A DNA stretch of 60,794 bases, from NCBI GenBank assembly GCA_034670305.1, contig JAXMNT010000045.1, forward strand, positions 1 to 60,794. The letters run 5' to 3'. Source of the DNA: Deltaproteobacteria bacterium (GTDB taxonomy: Bacteria; Myxococcota_A; Polyangia; Polyangiales; Houyiibacteriaceae). The notes below the pieces were generated by a model. The model was not told the DNA's origin. It did not search any database and saw only the letters and a list, made by a program, of their open reading frames with translations. This document shows, one piece after another, positions 48,319-60,667 of this stretch (its first letter is position 1; every line of letters starts with the position of its first letter). A program made the translations under genes and the position numbers.

Positions 48319-48370
48319 ATGAATCGCCATTCATTTTTTCGTTGACCCATCCCGGGGGGGCGACCACGAT
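48319..48370 (+). promoter_or_regulatory. Operator palindrome and sigma70 promoter of the acyl-CoA carboxylase operon
   Basis: ATGAAT-CGCC-ATTCAT (48319-48334), then TTGACC-N17-CACGAT ending 8 nt before the ATG. Confidence 0.7.
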
Positions 48371-48378
48371 GGCGACGC

Positions 48379-50007
48379 ATGGGGACCGAACACGTGGACG
48401 CGCAGCCTTATCCCGTCCTCCCTAGCCGTTTCGATCCGCGGTCGGAGGGGTTCTCGAAGAACCGAGCGGCGGCACTCGAGGCGCTCGCGGAGATCCAAGC
48501 GGGGCTCGAAAAGGCGAACGCCGGCGGTGGTCCGAAATACACCGAGCGGCATTTGAAGCGGGGCAAGTTGTTGCCGCGGCAACGCATCGAAGCATTGCTC
48601 GACCGCGACAGTCCCTTCCTCGAAGTCGGTGCACTCGCCGGTCACGGCATGTCGGGCGAGACCACCGGCTGTGCGGTGGTCGGTGGCGTCGGGCGGATCA
48701 GCGGCGTCGAGTGTGTACTCGTCGCCAGCGAAGCCACCATCAAGGGCGGCGCCATCACCCCGATGAGCATGGTCAAGAGCGCACGGCTGGCCGAGATCGC
48801 GGACCAGAACCGAATGGTCGCGGTCAGCTGCATCGAGAGCGCCGGCGCGGACCTGCCGAACCAGGACAAGATCTTCGTGCACGGAGGCGCGGGCTTCCGT
48901 GACCTGACGCGGCGCAGTGAAAAACGCATTCCAACGGTCTGCCTCGTGTTCGGATCCTCCACGGCGGGCGGCGCGTACCTGCCGGGCATGAGCGACTACG
49001 TCGTCATGGTTCGTGAGCAGGCGCAGGTGTACCTCGCGGGTCCACCGCTCGTGAAGATGGCGACGGGCGAGGAGACCGACCACGAGTCGCTCGGCGGTGC
49101 GGAGATGCACGCCTCCATCTCGGGCGTGAGCGACTACCTCGCCGAAGACGAACTCGACGCCATCCGGATCGGCCGCGAGATCGTCGCGCACCTCGACTGG
49201 CGCAAACACGGACAGCCCCTCCCGCGGCGCATCGACGCCCCGAAGCACGATGCCGAGGACCTTCTGGGCATCGCGTCGATGGACATCCGGGTGCCGTACG
49301 ACCCGCGGGAAGTCATCGCGCGGATCGTCGACGGCTCGCGGTTCAGCGAGTTCAAGCCACAGTACGGCCGAACGCTCGTCTGCGGATGGGCGCACCTGCA
49401 CGGGTTCCCCGTCGGCATCTTGGCGAACCACGGAACGCTCTTCAGCGAGTCCGCCAACAAGGGTGCGCAGTTCATCCAACTCTGCAACCAACAGCACATC
49501 CCGCTGCTCTTCCTCCAGAACACGACTGGATTCATGGTCGGCCAGAAGTACGAGCAGGAAGGCATCATCAAGAACGGCGCCAAGCTCATCAACGCGGTGA
49601 GCAACAGCACCGTGCCGGCGATCACGATCATGACCGGCGCGAGCTACGGCGCGGGCAACTACGCGATGATGGGGCGCTCGTACCAGCCACGTTTTCTGTT
49701 CACGTGGCCGAACCACCGCATCGCGGTGATGGGCGGCAAACAGCTCGCGGGCGTGCTCGACATCATTCAACGCGGCGCGGCGCGCAAACGCGGCATCGAA
49801 GTCGACGAGCAGAAGCTGGCCGTCATGAAGGCCATGACCGAGCAGGCGATCGAGAAACAATCCCACGCGCTCTACGCGACGGCCCGGCTGTGGGACGACG
49901 GCATCATCGATCCCCGCGACACCCGCACCGTGATCGGGCTCTGTCTGTCCGCGGCCTACAACGCACCCGTCGAAGGTTCGACGTCGTGGGGAGTCTTCCG
50001 GCACTGA
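48379..50007 (+). CDS. Acyl-CoA carboxylase carboxyltransferase (beta) subunit, geranyl-/methylcrotonyl-CoA type
   Basis: [59 protein letters not shown]. Confidence 0.93.
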   Translation: MGTEHVDAQPYPVLPSRFDPRSEGFSKNRAAALEALAEIQAGLEKANAGGGPKYTERHLKRGKLLPRQRIEALLDRDSPFLEVGALAGHGMSGETTGCAVVGGVGRISGVECVLVASEATIKGGAITPMSMVKSARLAEIADQNRMVAVSCIESAGADLPNQDKIFVHGGAGFRDLTRRSEKRIPTVCLVFGSSTAGGAYLPGMSDYVVMVREQAQVYLAGPPLVKMATGEETDHESLGGAEMHASISGVSDYLAEDELDAIRIGREIVAHLDWRKHGQPLPRRIDAPKHDAEDLLGIASMDIRVPYDPREVIARIVDGSRFSEFKPQYGRTLVCGWAHLHGFPVGILANHGTLFSESANKGAQFIQLCNQQHIPLLFLQNTTGFMVGQKYEQEGIIKNGAKLINAVSNSTVPAITIMTGASYGAGNYAMMGRSYQPRFLFTWPNHRIAVMGGKQLAGVLDIIQRGAARKRGIEVDEQKLAVMKAMTEQAIEKQSHALYATARLWDDGIIDPRDTRTVIGLCLSAAYNAPVEGSTSWGVFRH

Positions 50008-51989
50008 TGACGACGATCACCAAACTCCTCATCGCCAACCGCGGTGAGATCGCGCGGCGCATCGCCCGAACCTGCCGGTCGCTCGGCATCGAGGTCGTGG
50101 CCGTCTATTCCGACGCCGACCGAGACGCGCCGTTCGTGTCGGAAGCAGACGAAGCCGTGCGCATCGGCCCGGCACCGAGCTCCGAGTCGTACCTTCGGAT
50201 CGATGCGATCGTGGACGCGGCGAAACGCACCGGCGCCCAAGCCATCCACCCCGGCTACGGATTCTTGGCGGAGAACGCTGCGTTCGCGCGTGCGGTGACG
50301 GAAGCCGGTCTGGTGTTCGTCGGACCAAGCGCCGAGTGCATCGACGCGATGGGGTCGAAGAAAGAAGCCAAAGCCCGGGTACAAGCCGCGGGCGTGCCGG
50401 TCGTGCCGGGCTACGACGGCGCGTCGCAGGATCCGGCGACGCTCGCCGAAGAAGCCGCACGCATCGGGTTTCCGGTTCTGCTCAAGGCCAGCGCAGGCGG
50501 TGGCGGCAAGGGCATGAAGCGGGTGGACCGCGCCGAGGACGTGCCCGCGGCGATCGAGAGCGCCAAACGCGAAGCCAAGAACGCGTTCGGCGACGACACG
50601 TTGCTCATCGAGAAGTACATCGACCGGCCGCGGCACATCGAGGTGCAGATCCTCGGCGACTCGACCGGCCGCGTCGCGCATCTTTTCGAGCGCGAGTGTT
50701 CCATCCAGCGGCGGCACCAAAAGGTGCTGGAAGAAGCGCCCTCCCCCGCGCTCGACGAAGCGGTGCGGAGCGAGATCTGCGAAGCGGCGCTCGAGGTCGC
50801 CCGGGCCATTGGCTACGTGAACGCCGGCACGGTCGAGTTCATCGCCGGACAACCCGACGCTGCGGGCAAACTCCCGTTCTACTTCCTCGAGGTCAACACG
50901 CGCCTCCAAGTCGAACACCCGGTCACCGAGGAGATCACCGGCGTGGATCTAGTGCGCGAACAGATCCGCATCGCCGAAGGTCATCCCCTCAGCTTCGACA
51001 CGCCGGTTCGACGCGGTGCCGCGGTGGAAGCGCGCCTCTACGCAGAAGACCCCGACGACGGCTACTTGCCCCAAAGCGGAGATCTCATCCGCTGGGTGCT
51101 CTCCCCCTCGGAGGGTGTGCGCGTCGACGCGGGTGTCGAGAGCGGCAGCCACGTCGGCATCCACTACGATCCGATGCTCGCGAAGATCATCGCGTTCGGC
51201 GCCGATCGCGAAGAAGCGCGGCGCCGGCTCTGCAGTGCGCTCCGCCGCCTGTGCGCGTTTGGCGTACGGACCAACCGCGCACACCTTCTGCGCGTGCTCG
51301 AACACCCCTCGTACATCGCGGGCGACCTGCACACGCACTTCCTCACCGAACACGCGTCCACGCTCGTGCCAGCGCCCCCAGATCTCGAGCGGGCACTGAT
51401 CGCCGCCACCTTGGCAGGACACGAACGCCGCGCCGAGATTGCACGTGGGGGACCGCTGCCCGCGGTGCCCTCCGGTTTTCGGAACAACGCTTGGGCCCGG
51501 CAGGAAGTCCGCTACGCGGTCGGCGACGAGGAGCTCGTGGTGCGCTACGCACACCAGCACCGCACGCCTGGACACTTCCGCATCGAAGTCGACGGGACCG
51601 ACCACGACGCCGAGGTGCGCTCCTTCGACGGCGACGAGATCCGCTTCGTCGTCGATGGCCTGACGCAGCGCGCGTCGGTCGTCGTCGTGGGCCGCACCCA
51701 CCACGTCCTCGTGGGCGGCGAACACAGCGTGCTCGTCGAAGCGCCGCGCTACCCGTCGCTCGAAGTGGAGACACCCGCGGGCGCCTGCGTCGCCCCCATG
51801 CCGGGCAAGGTGGTCACCGTGGACGTCGAAGTCGGCGCCGAGGTCACGGAAGGCCAGCGACTCGTGGTGATGGAAGCCATGAAGATGGAACACACCGTAC
51901 TGGCACCTACCGCGGGCACGGTGCAGGCGGTGCACGTGTCGGTCGGCGACCAAGTCGACGCCGCCCAAGTGCTCGTCGTCGTCGAGTAG
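50007..51989 (+). CDS. Acyl-CoA carboxylase biotin carboxylase/biotin carrier (alpha) subunit
   Basis: LIANRGEIA, HPGYGFLAEN, GGGGKGM, EVNTRLQVEHPVTE, EAMKME; TGATG coupling. Confidence 0.95.
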   Translation: MTTITKLLIANRGEIARRIARTCRSLGIEVVAVYSDADRDAPFVSEADEAVRIGPAPSSESYLRIDAIVDAAKRTGAQAIHPGYGFLAENAAFARAVTEAGLVFVGPSAECIDAMGSKKEAKARVQAAGVPVVPGYDGASQDPATLAEEAARIGFPVLLKASAGGGGKGMKRVDRAEDVPAAIESAKREAKNAFGDDTLLIEKYIDRPRHIEVQILGDSTGRVAHLFERECSIQRRHQKVLEEAPSPALDEAVRSEICEAALEVARAIGYVNAGTVEFIAGQPDAAGKLPFYFLEVNTRLQVEHPVTEEITGVDLVREQIRIAEGHPLSFDTPVRRGAAVEARLYAEDPDDGYLPQSGDLIRWVLSPSEGVRVDAGVESGSHVGIHYDPMLAKIIAFGADREEARRRLCSALRRLCAFGVRTNRAHLLRVLEHPSYIAGDLHTHFLTEHASTLVPAPPDLERALIAATLAGHERRAEIARGGPLPAVPSGFRNNAWARQEVRYAVGDEELVVRYAHQHRTPGHFRIEVDGTDHDAEVRSFDGDEIRFVVDGLTQRASVVVVGRTHHVLVGGEHSVLVEAPRYPSLEVETPAGACVAPMPGKVVTVDVEVGAEVTEGQRLVVMEAMKMEHTVLAPTAGTVQAVHVSVGDQVDAAQVLVVVE

Positions 51990-52049
51990 GCGCCGGGCCC
52001 GAGTAGGCGCCGGGTCCGAGTAGGCGCCGGCCCGAGTAGGCACCGGGCC
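51983..52049 (+). repeat. Four tandem ~17-bp repeats containing the carboxylase stop codon
   Basis: CGAGTAGGCGCCGGGCC x4 (imperfect). Confidence 0.9.
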
Positions 52050-52093
52050 AGAGGGCCGACTTGGTCGGACGCCAGGGGTGCGATCTACCGACG

Positions 52094-53296
52094 CTACAGC
52101 AGCTCTTCGACGTCGCGGCCGTGCAGGCCGAGCAGGTACAAGATGCGGTCGAGCCCGCCCGCGCTGACCGACGTGTCCGCCGCCGCGCGCAACTTCGCTT
52201 TCGCATGAAAGGCGATCCCGAGTCCGGCCCGCTCGAGCATCGTCAGATCGTTCGCGCCGTCGCCGATGGCGATCGTCTGTTCGAGCGGGATGCCTTCCCG
52301 CTGCGCGATCGCATCGAGCAGGTCGGCCTTGCGCTGGGGCGTCACCACCGGGTCGAGCACCCGGCCGGTGAGTTTGCCGTCCTTCACCTCGAGATCGTTC
52401 GCGTACGCGTAGTCGAGCCCGAGTTCTTCCTTGAGCGCGTTCGCCGCGAAGGTGAACCCGCCGCTGATGACCGCAGTCTTGTATCCCAGTGCGCGCAACA
52501 CCGTGAGCATGTCGCGGGCGCCGTGCTGCACCGGCAACTTCTTCGCCAGCTGGAGCACCTGCTCGTAGGGCATGCCTTCGAGGAGCGAGACCCGCTCGCG
52601 CAGGCTGTCTTCGTACTTGAGTTCGCCGGCCATCGCCCGGCGGGTGATCTCTGAGACCCGGTCGACCACTCCGTGCATGCGCGCGAGCTCGTCGATGACC
52701 TCGATCTGGATCAGCGTCGAATCCATGTCCATGACGACGAGCCGCTTGGCGCGTCGGGTCAGGCGCTCGCGCTGGACCGCCACGTCGATGTCTCGGTCGC
52801 CAACCGCTTCGATCAAATGCCGGCGCAGCGCCGACGCCCCCTCGGTGGGAAGGGAGAGCAGGATCTCCAGCGAGAGCAGGCGCCCCGTCGAGAGCCGACG
52901 AATGCTCTCGATGTTGGCTTCGTTCCGCGCGAGCACATCGGCCAGCACCCGGACGCCGTCCGCGGTCAGCCCGTCACCGATGGCGGTCACCGCGTAACGG
53001 GGGCGGGGCACGACCTCCTCTTCCACCGGCTCGAGCACCTGGAAGTTGAGCTCCAGCCCCATCCGCTTGGCGGTGAAGAGCAAGTCCTTCAGCACCGGTT
53101 CTCCCTTCGCGCGGGTCGGGTCGACGTCCACGAGCATGCAGAGGGTCAGCTGCCGCTGGACGACCACCTGTTCGATGTCGAGCAATGTCGCGTGGTTGTC
53201 CGCGATGACACCGGTCAACGCCGCGGTGATGCCCGGGGTGTCTCGGCCGGTCACGGTCACGAGCACCCGTCGAACGGAGGAAGCGAGATCGTTCAT
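52094..53296 (-). CDS. serB: Phosphoserine phosphatase with two ACT domains
   Basis: VTGRDTPGI ACT domain; MDMDSTLIQIEVIDELA, SGGF, GDGANDL. Confidence 0.96.
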   Translation of the reverse strand: MNDLASSVRRVLVTVTGRDTPGITAALTGVIADNHATLLDIEQVVVQRQLTLCMLVDVDPTRAKGEPVLKDLLFTAKRMGLELNFQVLEPVEEEVVPRPRYAVTAIGDGLTADGVRVLADVLARNEANIESIRRLSTGRLLSLEILLSLPTEGASALRRHLIEAVGDRDIDVAVQRERLTRRAKRLVVMDMDSTLIQIEVIDELARMHGVVDRVSEITRRAMAGELKYEDSLRERVSLLEGMPYEQVLQLAKKLPVQHGARDMLTVLRALGYKTAVISGGFTFAANALKEELGLDYAYANDLEVKDGKLTGRVLDPVVTPQRKADLLDAIAQREGIPLEQTIAIGDGANDLTMLERAGLGIAFHAKAKLRAAADTSVSAGGLDRILYLLGLHGRDVEELL

Positions 53297-53345
53297 GCGG
53301 GGGGTTACAACGAGCCTGCCGACCGCGCCACCGCTCCCAGTTCGT

Positions 53346-54614
53346 TCACTCCGAAGAAGGTGCGTCCTCAGCAACTTTGAGAGCTGGATCCTTCGGCGCA
53401 GCCGCCGTCACTTCGAACCAGTCCTTGTAGAGCCGCTGGACCCGCTTGCGTTCGCCACGCGAACCCGCCGGGTCGAAGTCCACGTGGTAGCCGCTGAGCC
53501 GTCGCAGCTCACGGTGCGCGATCTTCCGAACGTCGGCCGACTTGTGCATCAGCCCGTCCATCAACCACTCGCGGCGCGGACGGCCGCCGTGCTTTCGCCA
53601 CCAAGCAGACCACTTCTTCTTCTGGGGTCCCTTGTCTTCGGCGGTGAGCACGCGCAGGACCCGCCAGCACGCGTCCCGGACGGTGGGGTCTGCGAACTCG
53701 AGCATCTCGATCACCACGGGTGTCGCACGGGAGGCCCGGAGCACTCCGAGCGCCCGAAGCGCCGCCACCCGCTCGGTGAGGTCCATCTCCCCGCTGGTGG
53801 CTTCTCGGATCAATCTCGTGACCAGCGGGTCGAGACAGGCTTGCCCCTGCACCCGAGTCAGGGCGTGAAGCGCGACATCTCGGATCTGCGTGTCGGAATC
53901 GAGCAGCAACGCGCCGAGGGCTTCCACCAACTGGCCGCGGCTCCGTTCGTCCCGGAGATCTTCCAGCGCGTCGCCGCTGACCAGCGCACCGTAATAACGC
54001 TGGTCCGCAGTGCCGCCGAGGACGAGTCGCAACAAGCTCGGCACCCCGTCCACCCCGAACGCGAGCAGCGCTCGCGCAAGCGGTCCGACGTTCTTGCCCT
54101 CGGGCAGTTTGCGGTGCGCGAGGTGCCGGTTGAACCACAGCAGGCCAGGGAACTCTTGCTCGACGACCAAGAGCGCTGGCGGACCGAGCCGGAGCAAGGT
54201 GCGGACGAACGGCTCTTCGTCCCCGGGACCACACGCATTGAGTCCATCCACCGCTGCCCGCGCCCGCATCGTTGGGTCCGGTCCGAGCATGAGTTCTGGC
54301 GTGGGCAACCCCACCGCGGAGATCATCTCGCCGGCCACCCGCACCACCTCTTCGCGTGGCGCGGCGTCGGCGGAGTCGGCTGGCTCCGCGCGCAGATCGG
54401 GGCTCGGACTCGGCATCGACGATCGGCGCCTGCGCACGGAGGACTCTTTTACGCCCGCGGCTGGCGGGTCCGCCTCTTCGAGTTTCTCCCGGACCTCCGC
54501 CCGGTCGATGCCCGATTTGGGGGTCGGGACCGAGATGATGTCGACACGGCCGAGGACTTCGCTCTGCTCGCCCTTCAGCGAGTAGACCGACCCATCCTTC
54601 TCGTCCCCTGCCAT
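53346..54614 (-). CDS. HEAT-repeat protein (similar in style to the FrgA C-terminus)
   Basis: HEAT-like units (LLDSDTQIRDVAL, ALRALGVL, DPTVRDAC); WSAWW...RREWLMDGL...RKIAHRELRRLSG. Confidence 0.7.
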   Translation of the reverse strand: MAGDEKDGSVYSLKGEQSEVLGRVDIISVPTPKSGIDRAEVREKLEEADPPAAGVKESSVRRRRSSMPSPSPDLRAEPADSADAAPREEVVRVAGEMISAVGLPTPELMLGPDPTMRARAAVDGLNACGPGDEEPFVRTLLRLGPPALLVVEQEFPGLLWFNRHLAHRKLPEGKNVGPLARALLAFGVDGVPSLLRLVLGGTADQRYYGALVSGDALEDLRDERSRGQLVEALGALLLDSDTQIRDVALHALTRVQGQACLDPLVTRLIREATSGEMDLTERVAALRALGVLRASRATPVVIEMLEFADPTVRDACWRVLRVLTAEDKGPQKKKWSAWWRKHGGRPRREWLMDGLMHKSADVRKIAHRELRRLSGYHVDFDPAGSRGERKRVQRLYKDWFEVTAAAPKDPALKVAEDAPSSE

Positions 54615-54833
54615 CGAACAATCCTAGCAGCGAACGGCATGCGGCGGGGCGCCAGGTGCGAGCGCACCATCACATGGCGAGCGCACCCCGCGACGAGGAC
54701 AAGACAGCGGCCGCTGTCAGACAGCGGCTCCGCAGCACGTTGAGGCGAAGCGACGTTGGGGGAGGCCGGAGCCGCCGGAGGGGGATGCGCTCATTCCCCT
54801 CGGACAACAACCGGGCCGGGACTCGCCAAGTCC

Positions 54834-56567
54834 CTAGATGAGGATGGTGCCGCCGTCGGGCGGGACCAGGATGTAGACGTTGCGGGAGTCGAGATCGGCG
54901 ACCCCGTTGCCCACGACGATGATGCGCGCTTGGAACACCTGCGCCACCGCGGCGGGCGGCCGGACGTCGTTCCAGAAATCGATGCCGAAGTCGACCAGGG
55001 TGCCCGGGATGACCCGGTAGAAGGTCGTGTCGTCGAAGCTGTCGTAGCCGGTGCCGGCGATGCCGTCGCGGTAGCCCTCGATCGGGGTGATCGACTTGAT
55101 GAACAGCGTTGCATCGAAGCCATCCGGGTTGCCGGCCACGTTCTCGGTCCGCGTCGACACATCCTGCGGCGTGCCGCCGACGAGGCTTGCGACCGCGTCG
55201 ACGACCGCGGCGCCGAGGCCGCTGCCGTCCTGCATGATGTCGAACACGAGCGGCGTGCCGGTGCCATCCACCGTACCGGTGTCGGTTGCGATCGCCTCGT
55301 AGTCGGACCGCAGCGCGGGAATGCTCGGGTTCGAGTAGATGCCGAGCACGCGCGCGCCGATGCCGTTGAGCGCGGTGACCGTCGCTGCGTAGGTCGGCGC
55401 ACTCGGAACGCCACTGTACGGGGAGCCCGAGCCGCTCGGCGGACCGTTGTGGAAGTTGTAGTCGCCGAAGAGCAACACGATCGGGAGCGCACCGGGGCGG
55501 AAACACGGGTAACCGCGTCGCACGCCCATCTCGTCGGGTCGCACCGCACAGGTCTTGTCCGGCACGCTGCCGCCCGACCAGGTGAGGCCGAGGCCGCTCG
55601 CGGTCGCGTGGAGCGCCGGGATGTAGCTCTCTTCGCCGTCCGAACCGCCGTGGCACGGAAGCCCCTGCACCGCTTCGAGGATGTCCGGCATGCCGTTCGG
55701 CCCGCCGGTGATCATGCCGATGTCGTTGGTCGCCGCGTTCGACGGACACGTCGTGGGCGTCGCACTCAGGCTCCAGCCGCCGACGTCTTCCATCGCCGGG
55801 CCGATCTCCCGCAAGAGGTAGAACGGGAGGTCGTTGCCGCCCCCGTACGGGCTGACCGGGTAGTCGTCCATGCCGCCCGCGCCGAACTGCACGTTGTCGA
55901 TGGCCGCTTCGATGCCCGGGATGATTGTGTCGATGAGTCCGGTGATGAGGTTGGTGCGTTCACCGCGCATCGAGCCCGTCATGTCCACCAAGAAGAACAC
56001 GTCCGCGACGCTGATGTTCGTTCCGAAGCGGAGCGTCCGGTCGGCGCGGTCGCCGTTGAACGGGAGCACGACGAAGAAGTCTTCGGTCGGGATGGTGCTG
56101 CCCGGATCCGTGGGATCGGTGCCCGAACCTTCGACCTCGACGAGATCGGAGATGCCGTCGCCGTCGCTGTCGATCAGGCGCGGGTCGGTGCCGAGTTCGA
56201 TCTCGCGTGCGTCCGGCAACCCATCGTTGTCGCTGTCGGTGTCCGCGAAGTCTGGCGTGCCGTCTCCGTCGGTGTCGGGCGGCGCGCAGGGGTCGGTGCC
56301 CGCTTCGGCGCTGTCGGGAATGCCGTCGCCGTCGGAGTCGTCGTCCGCGTTGTTCGGGATGCCGTCGCCGTCCGGATCGCCCGTGCCTTCGATCGCGTCG
56401 GCGATGCCGTCGCCGTCGGTGTCCGTGACGTCGTCACAACCGACCACACCTGCATCGACCTGTGCGTCGCCACCGCCGCCACCAGCGTCTCGTCGGGGTC
56501 CTGTCGTCGCCGGATCGCAAGCGCTCAGGGCAAAGAGAACCGCAAGTGCGGTGACACGACTGGACAT
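54834..56567 (-). CDS. Beta-integrin-like VWA lipoprotein with TSP3-like Ca-binding repeats (CglD-like), paralog 3
   Basis: Lipobox LSAC; DxDGDG repeats; MIDAS-like [27 protein letters not shown]. Confidence 0.85.
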   Translation of the reverse strand: MSSRVTALAVLFALSACDPATTGPRRDAGGGGGDAQVDAGVVGCDDVTDTDGDGIADAIEGTGDPDGDGIPNNADDDSDGDGIPDSAEAGTDPCAPPDTDGDGTPDFADTDSDNDGLPDAREIELGTDPRLIDSDGDGISDLVEVEGSGTDPTDPGSTIPTEDFFVVLPFNGDRADRTLRFGTNISVADVFFLVDMTGSMRGERTNLITGLIDTIIPGIEAAIDNVQFGAGGMDDYPVSPYGGGNDLPFYLLREIGPAMEDVGGWSLSATPTTCPSNAATNDIGMITGGPNGMPDILEAVQGLPCHGGSDGEESYIPALHATASGLGLTWSGGSVPDKTCAVRPDEMGVRRGYPCFRPGALPIVLLFGDYNFHNGPPSGSGSPYSGVPSAPTYAATVTALNGIGARVLGIYSNPSIPALRSDYEAIATDTGTVDGTGTPLVFDIMQDGSGLGAAVVDAVASLVGGTPQDVSTRTENVAGNPDGFDATLFIKSITPIEGYRDGIAGTGYDSFDDTTFYRVIPGTLVDFGIDFWNDVRPPAAVAQVFQARIIVVGNGVADLDSRNVYILVPPDGGTILI

Positions 56568-56744
56568 GGAGAAACCTCTTCGATGGATGCGCGAGTGCGC
56601 GACGGAGCCTTGGGTCGCACCCACCCGGTGCGGTTGCCCGCCCCCAGTATGCCGGACCTCAGCGACTTTCGCACCCATGGAGCGGCGCAACGATGGGCGT
56701 GCGGTCGGGCGGCGGGCGGGTCCAAACGTGGGCGCGGGCAGCCC

Positions 56745-58499
<1,755 letters not shown>

Positions 58500-58680
58500 G
58501 CCTTCCATCTTGCATTGATCGCGCCATGCGGATCTTCGCGGATCCGGCGCCAATGTGTGTCGTACCAGCCCCCAGATCCGCCCGATGCGGGGTTCGGGGA
58601 CCCCACGCCGCCACGGAGGTTGGCGGATCGTGACGTCCCGTCGCACCGATGTTCGGAGGGGTCAGGCCCCAGGCCCGTGT

Positions 58681-60315
58681 CTAGATAAGAATCGTTCCGC
58701 CGTCGGGCGGGACGATGATGTAGACGTTGCGGGCATCCAGATCCGCGACGCCGTTGCCGACGACGATGATGCGGGCTTCGAAGATCTCTGCAGTCGCCGC
58801 GGGCGGTCGCACGTCGTTCCAGAAGTCGACCGAGAACTCGACTTCGGTCCCCGGAATGACGTTGTAGAAGGTCGTGTCGTCGAAGGAGTCGTACCCCATC
58901 CCGGCGATGCCCTCAAGGTAGCCCTCGACCGGCACGATGGCCTTGATGAAGAGGGTCGCATTGAACTCGTCGGGGTTGCCCGCGACGTTCTCGCTCCGCG
59001 TGGACACGTCCTGCGCGACGCCGCCGGTCAACGTGCCGATGCCGTCGATGATCGCGGTCGAGACCGTGCCGCCACTCGCGTCGTAGACCAGCGGCATGCC
59101 GCTGCCGTCCACGGTGCCGGTCTGACGCGCGACCTCTTCCATGTCCGCCCGGCCCCCGCCGTTGACGGCCACGCCGATGAAGCGCGCGCCGAGTCCGCGC
59201 ATCGCATCGAGCGCCTGCGTGAACGCGGGCGGCGCCGGCGAGATGCCGGTGTAGGTGTCCGCGCCAGTCGGGTCGTTGTGCATGTCCACGTCGGTGACCA
59301 TCACCACGATGGGGAGCGCGCCCGGGCGGAAGCACGGGTAGCCGCGGCGGGTGCCGACTTCGTCCGGGACCACGGTGCAGCTCTTCGGCGCCAGGTCCCA
59401 GCGCATGCCATCGGTGTAGCTGTAGTTGCCGCCCATGCCGGTGGCGGTGAAGAACATCGCGGCGACGTGGGACTCCGGTCCGTCGAAGCCGCCGCTCGCG
59501 GAGAGCCGGCCGAGCGCCGCTTGCACGCTGCTGACGTTGGCGGTGATGTCTTGTTCGTTCTGGTACGCCATGTCGCGCGTGCCGAGGAACGAGCCGTCGT
59601 CGCCGTAGCTGCCGAACGGGAAGTCCTTGAACTGTCCGACACCGAGCTGCGCGTCCGGGATGCGCGCGATGATCTCGGTGGAGAGCATGCTGAGCGAACT
59701 CTGGACGTTGGTGATCGGGCCGCCCATCGACCCGGTGGTGTCGATGAGGAAGTAGATGTCCGCGATGTTGATGTTGGTGCCGAACCGAAGCGGCCGCATC
59801 TCGCGTGCGCCGTTGAACGGGAGCACGACAAAGAAGTCGCCCGGCGGGATGGTGCTGCTCGGATCGAGCGGGTCGGTCATGGTGCCGCGCGCCTCGCCGA
59901 GGTCGGAGACACCGTCTCCGTCCGAGTCGACGTTGCGGGGATCGGTCCCGAACGTGCCGACCTCTTCGGCGTCGCTCAGTCCGTCGTTGTCCGAGTCGAG
60001 GTCCCACGAGTCGGGCTCGCCGTCGCCATCGGTGTCCGCGATGCGGCACGGGTTGTCGGTGCCCTCGGCGGAGTCCGGGATGCCGTCGCCGTCGGAGTCG
60101 TCGTCCAGGTGGTTCGGCACGCCGTCGCCGTCGATGTCGCTCTCGCCCTCGAGGTCGTCGGCGATGCCGTCGCCGTCGGAATCGACCGAGCCATCGCAGC
60201 CGGCCACGACGCCGCCGCCGTCCGTACCGCCCATGCCACTGTCGCGTCTGGGTCGATCATCGTCCCCGCAAGCCATCGCGAACATCAACGCGACCAAGAA
60301 GAACGAGCGAACCAT
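58681..60315 (-). CDS. Beta-integrin-like VWA lipoprotein with TSP3-like repeats (CglD-like), paralog 1
   Basis: GGAGG RBS; lipobox [36 protein letters not shown]. Confidence 0.85.
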   Translation of the reverse strand: MVRSFFLVALMFAMACGDDDRPRRDSGMGGTDGGGVVAGCDGSVDSDGDGIADDLEGESDIDGDGVPNHLDDDSDGDGIPDSAEGTDNPCRIADTDGDGEPDSWDLDSDNDGLSDAEEVGTFGTDPRNVDSDGDGVSDLGEARGTMTDPLDPSSTIPPGDFFVVLPFNGAREMRPLRFGTNINIADIYFLIDTTGSMGGPITNVQSSLSMLSTEIIARIPDAQLGVGQFKDFPFGSYGDDGSFLGTRDMAYQNEQDITANVSSVQAALGRLSASGGFDGPESHVAAMFFTATGMGGNYSYTDGMRWDLAPKSCTVVPDEVGTRRGYPCFRPGALPIVVMVTDVDMHNDPTGADTYTGISPAPPAFTQALDAMRGLGARFIGVAVNGGGRADMEEVARQTGTVDGSGMPLVYDASGGTVSTAIIDGIGTLTGGVAQDVSTRSENVAGNPDEFNATLFIKAIVPVEGYLEGIAGMGYDSFDDTTFYNVIPGTEVEFSVDFWNDVRPPAATAEIFEARIIVVGNGVADLDARNVYIIVPPDGGTILI

Positions 60316-60667
60316 GACAGACCTCCGAGCAGTAAAGCGGCCTGAAGGGTCGTTCAATTCCGGCGGTTCACCACTGAGTTAACGCAAACGCGGATCACGG
60401 CCGCCGGTCGAGCGAAGCGAGCCAGGTCACGAGATGACGCCCACGAGTCAGGCGGCTCCACCCGTGCACCTGCGCAGGCCGCAGGCCGAGCAACTGGTGC
60501 ACTCCCCAAGTGAGTCACAGAGGCGGCAGGAGTGCATCGACCGCGCACAGCCGCCAAGTGCCCCAAATGCTTCTTCAGAGTCACCCCACCAGGCGGCGAG
60601 CACGTCGATGTGCTCTGGACGCCGAATTAGGGCCGCCAGTCTCGCGAAGCGAGCCAGGCCCGTAGTG

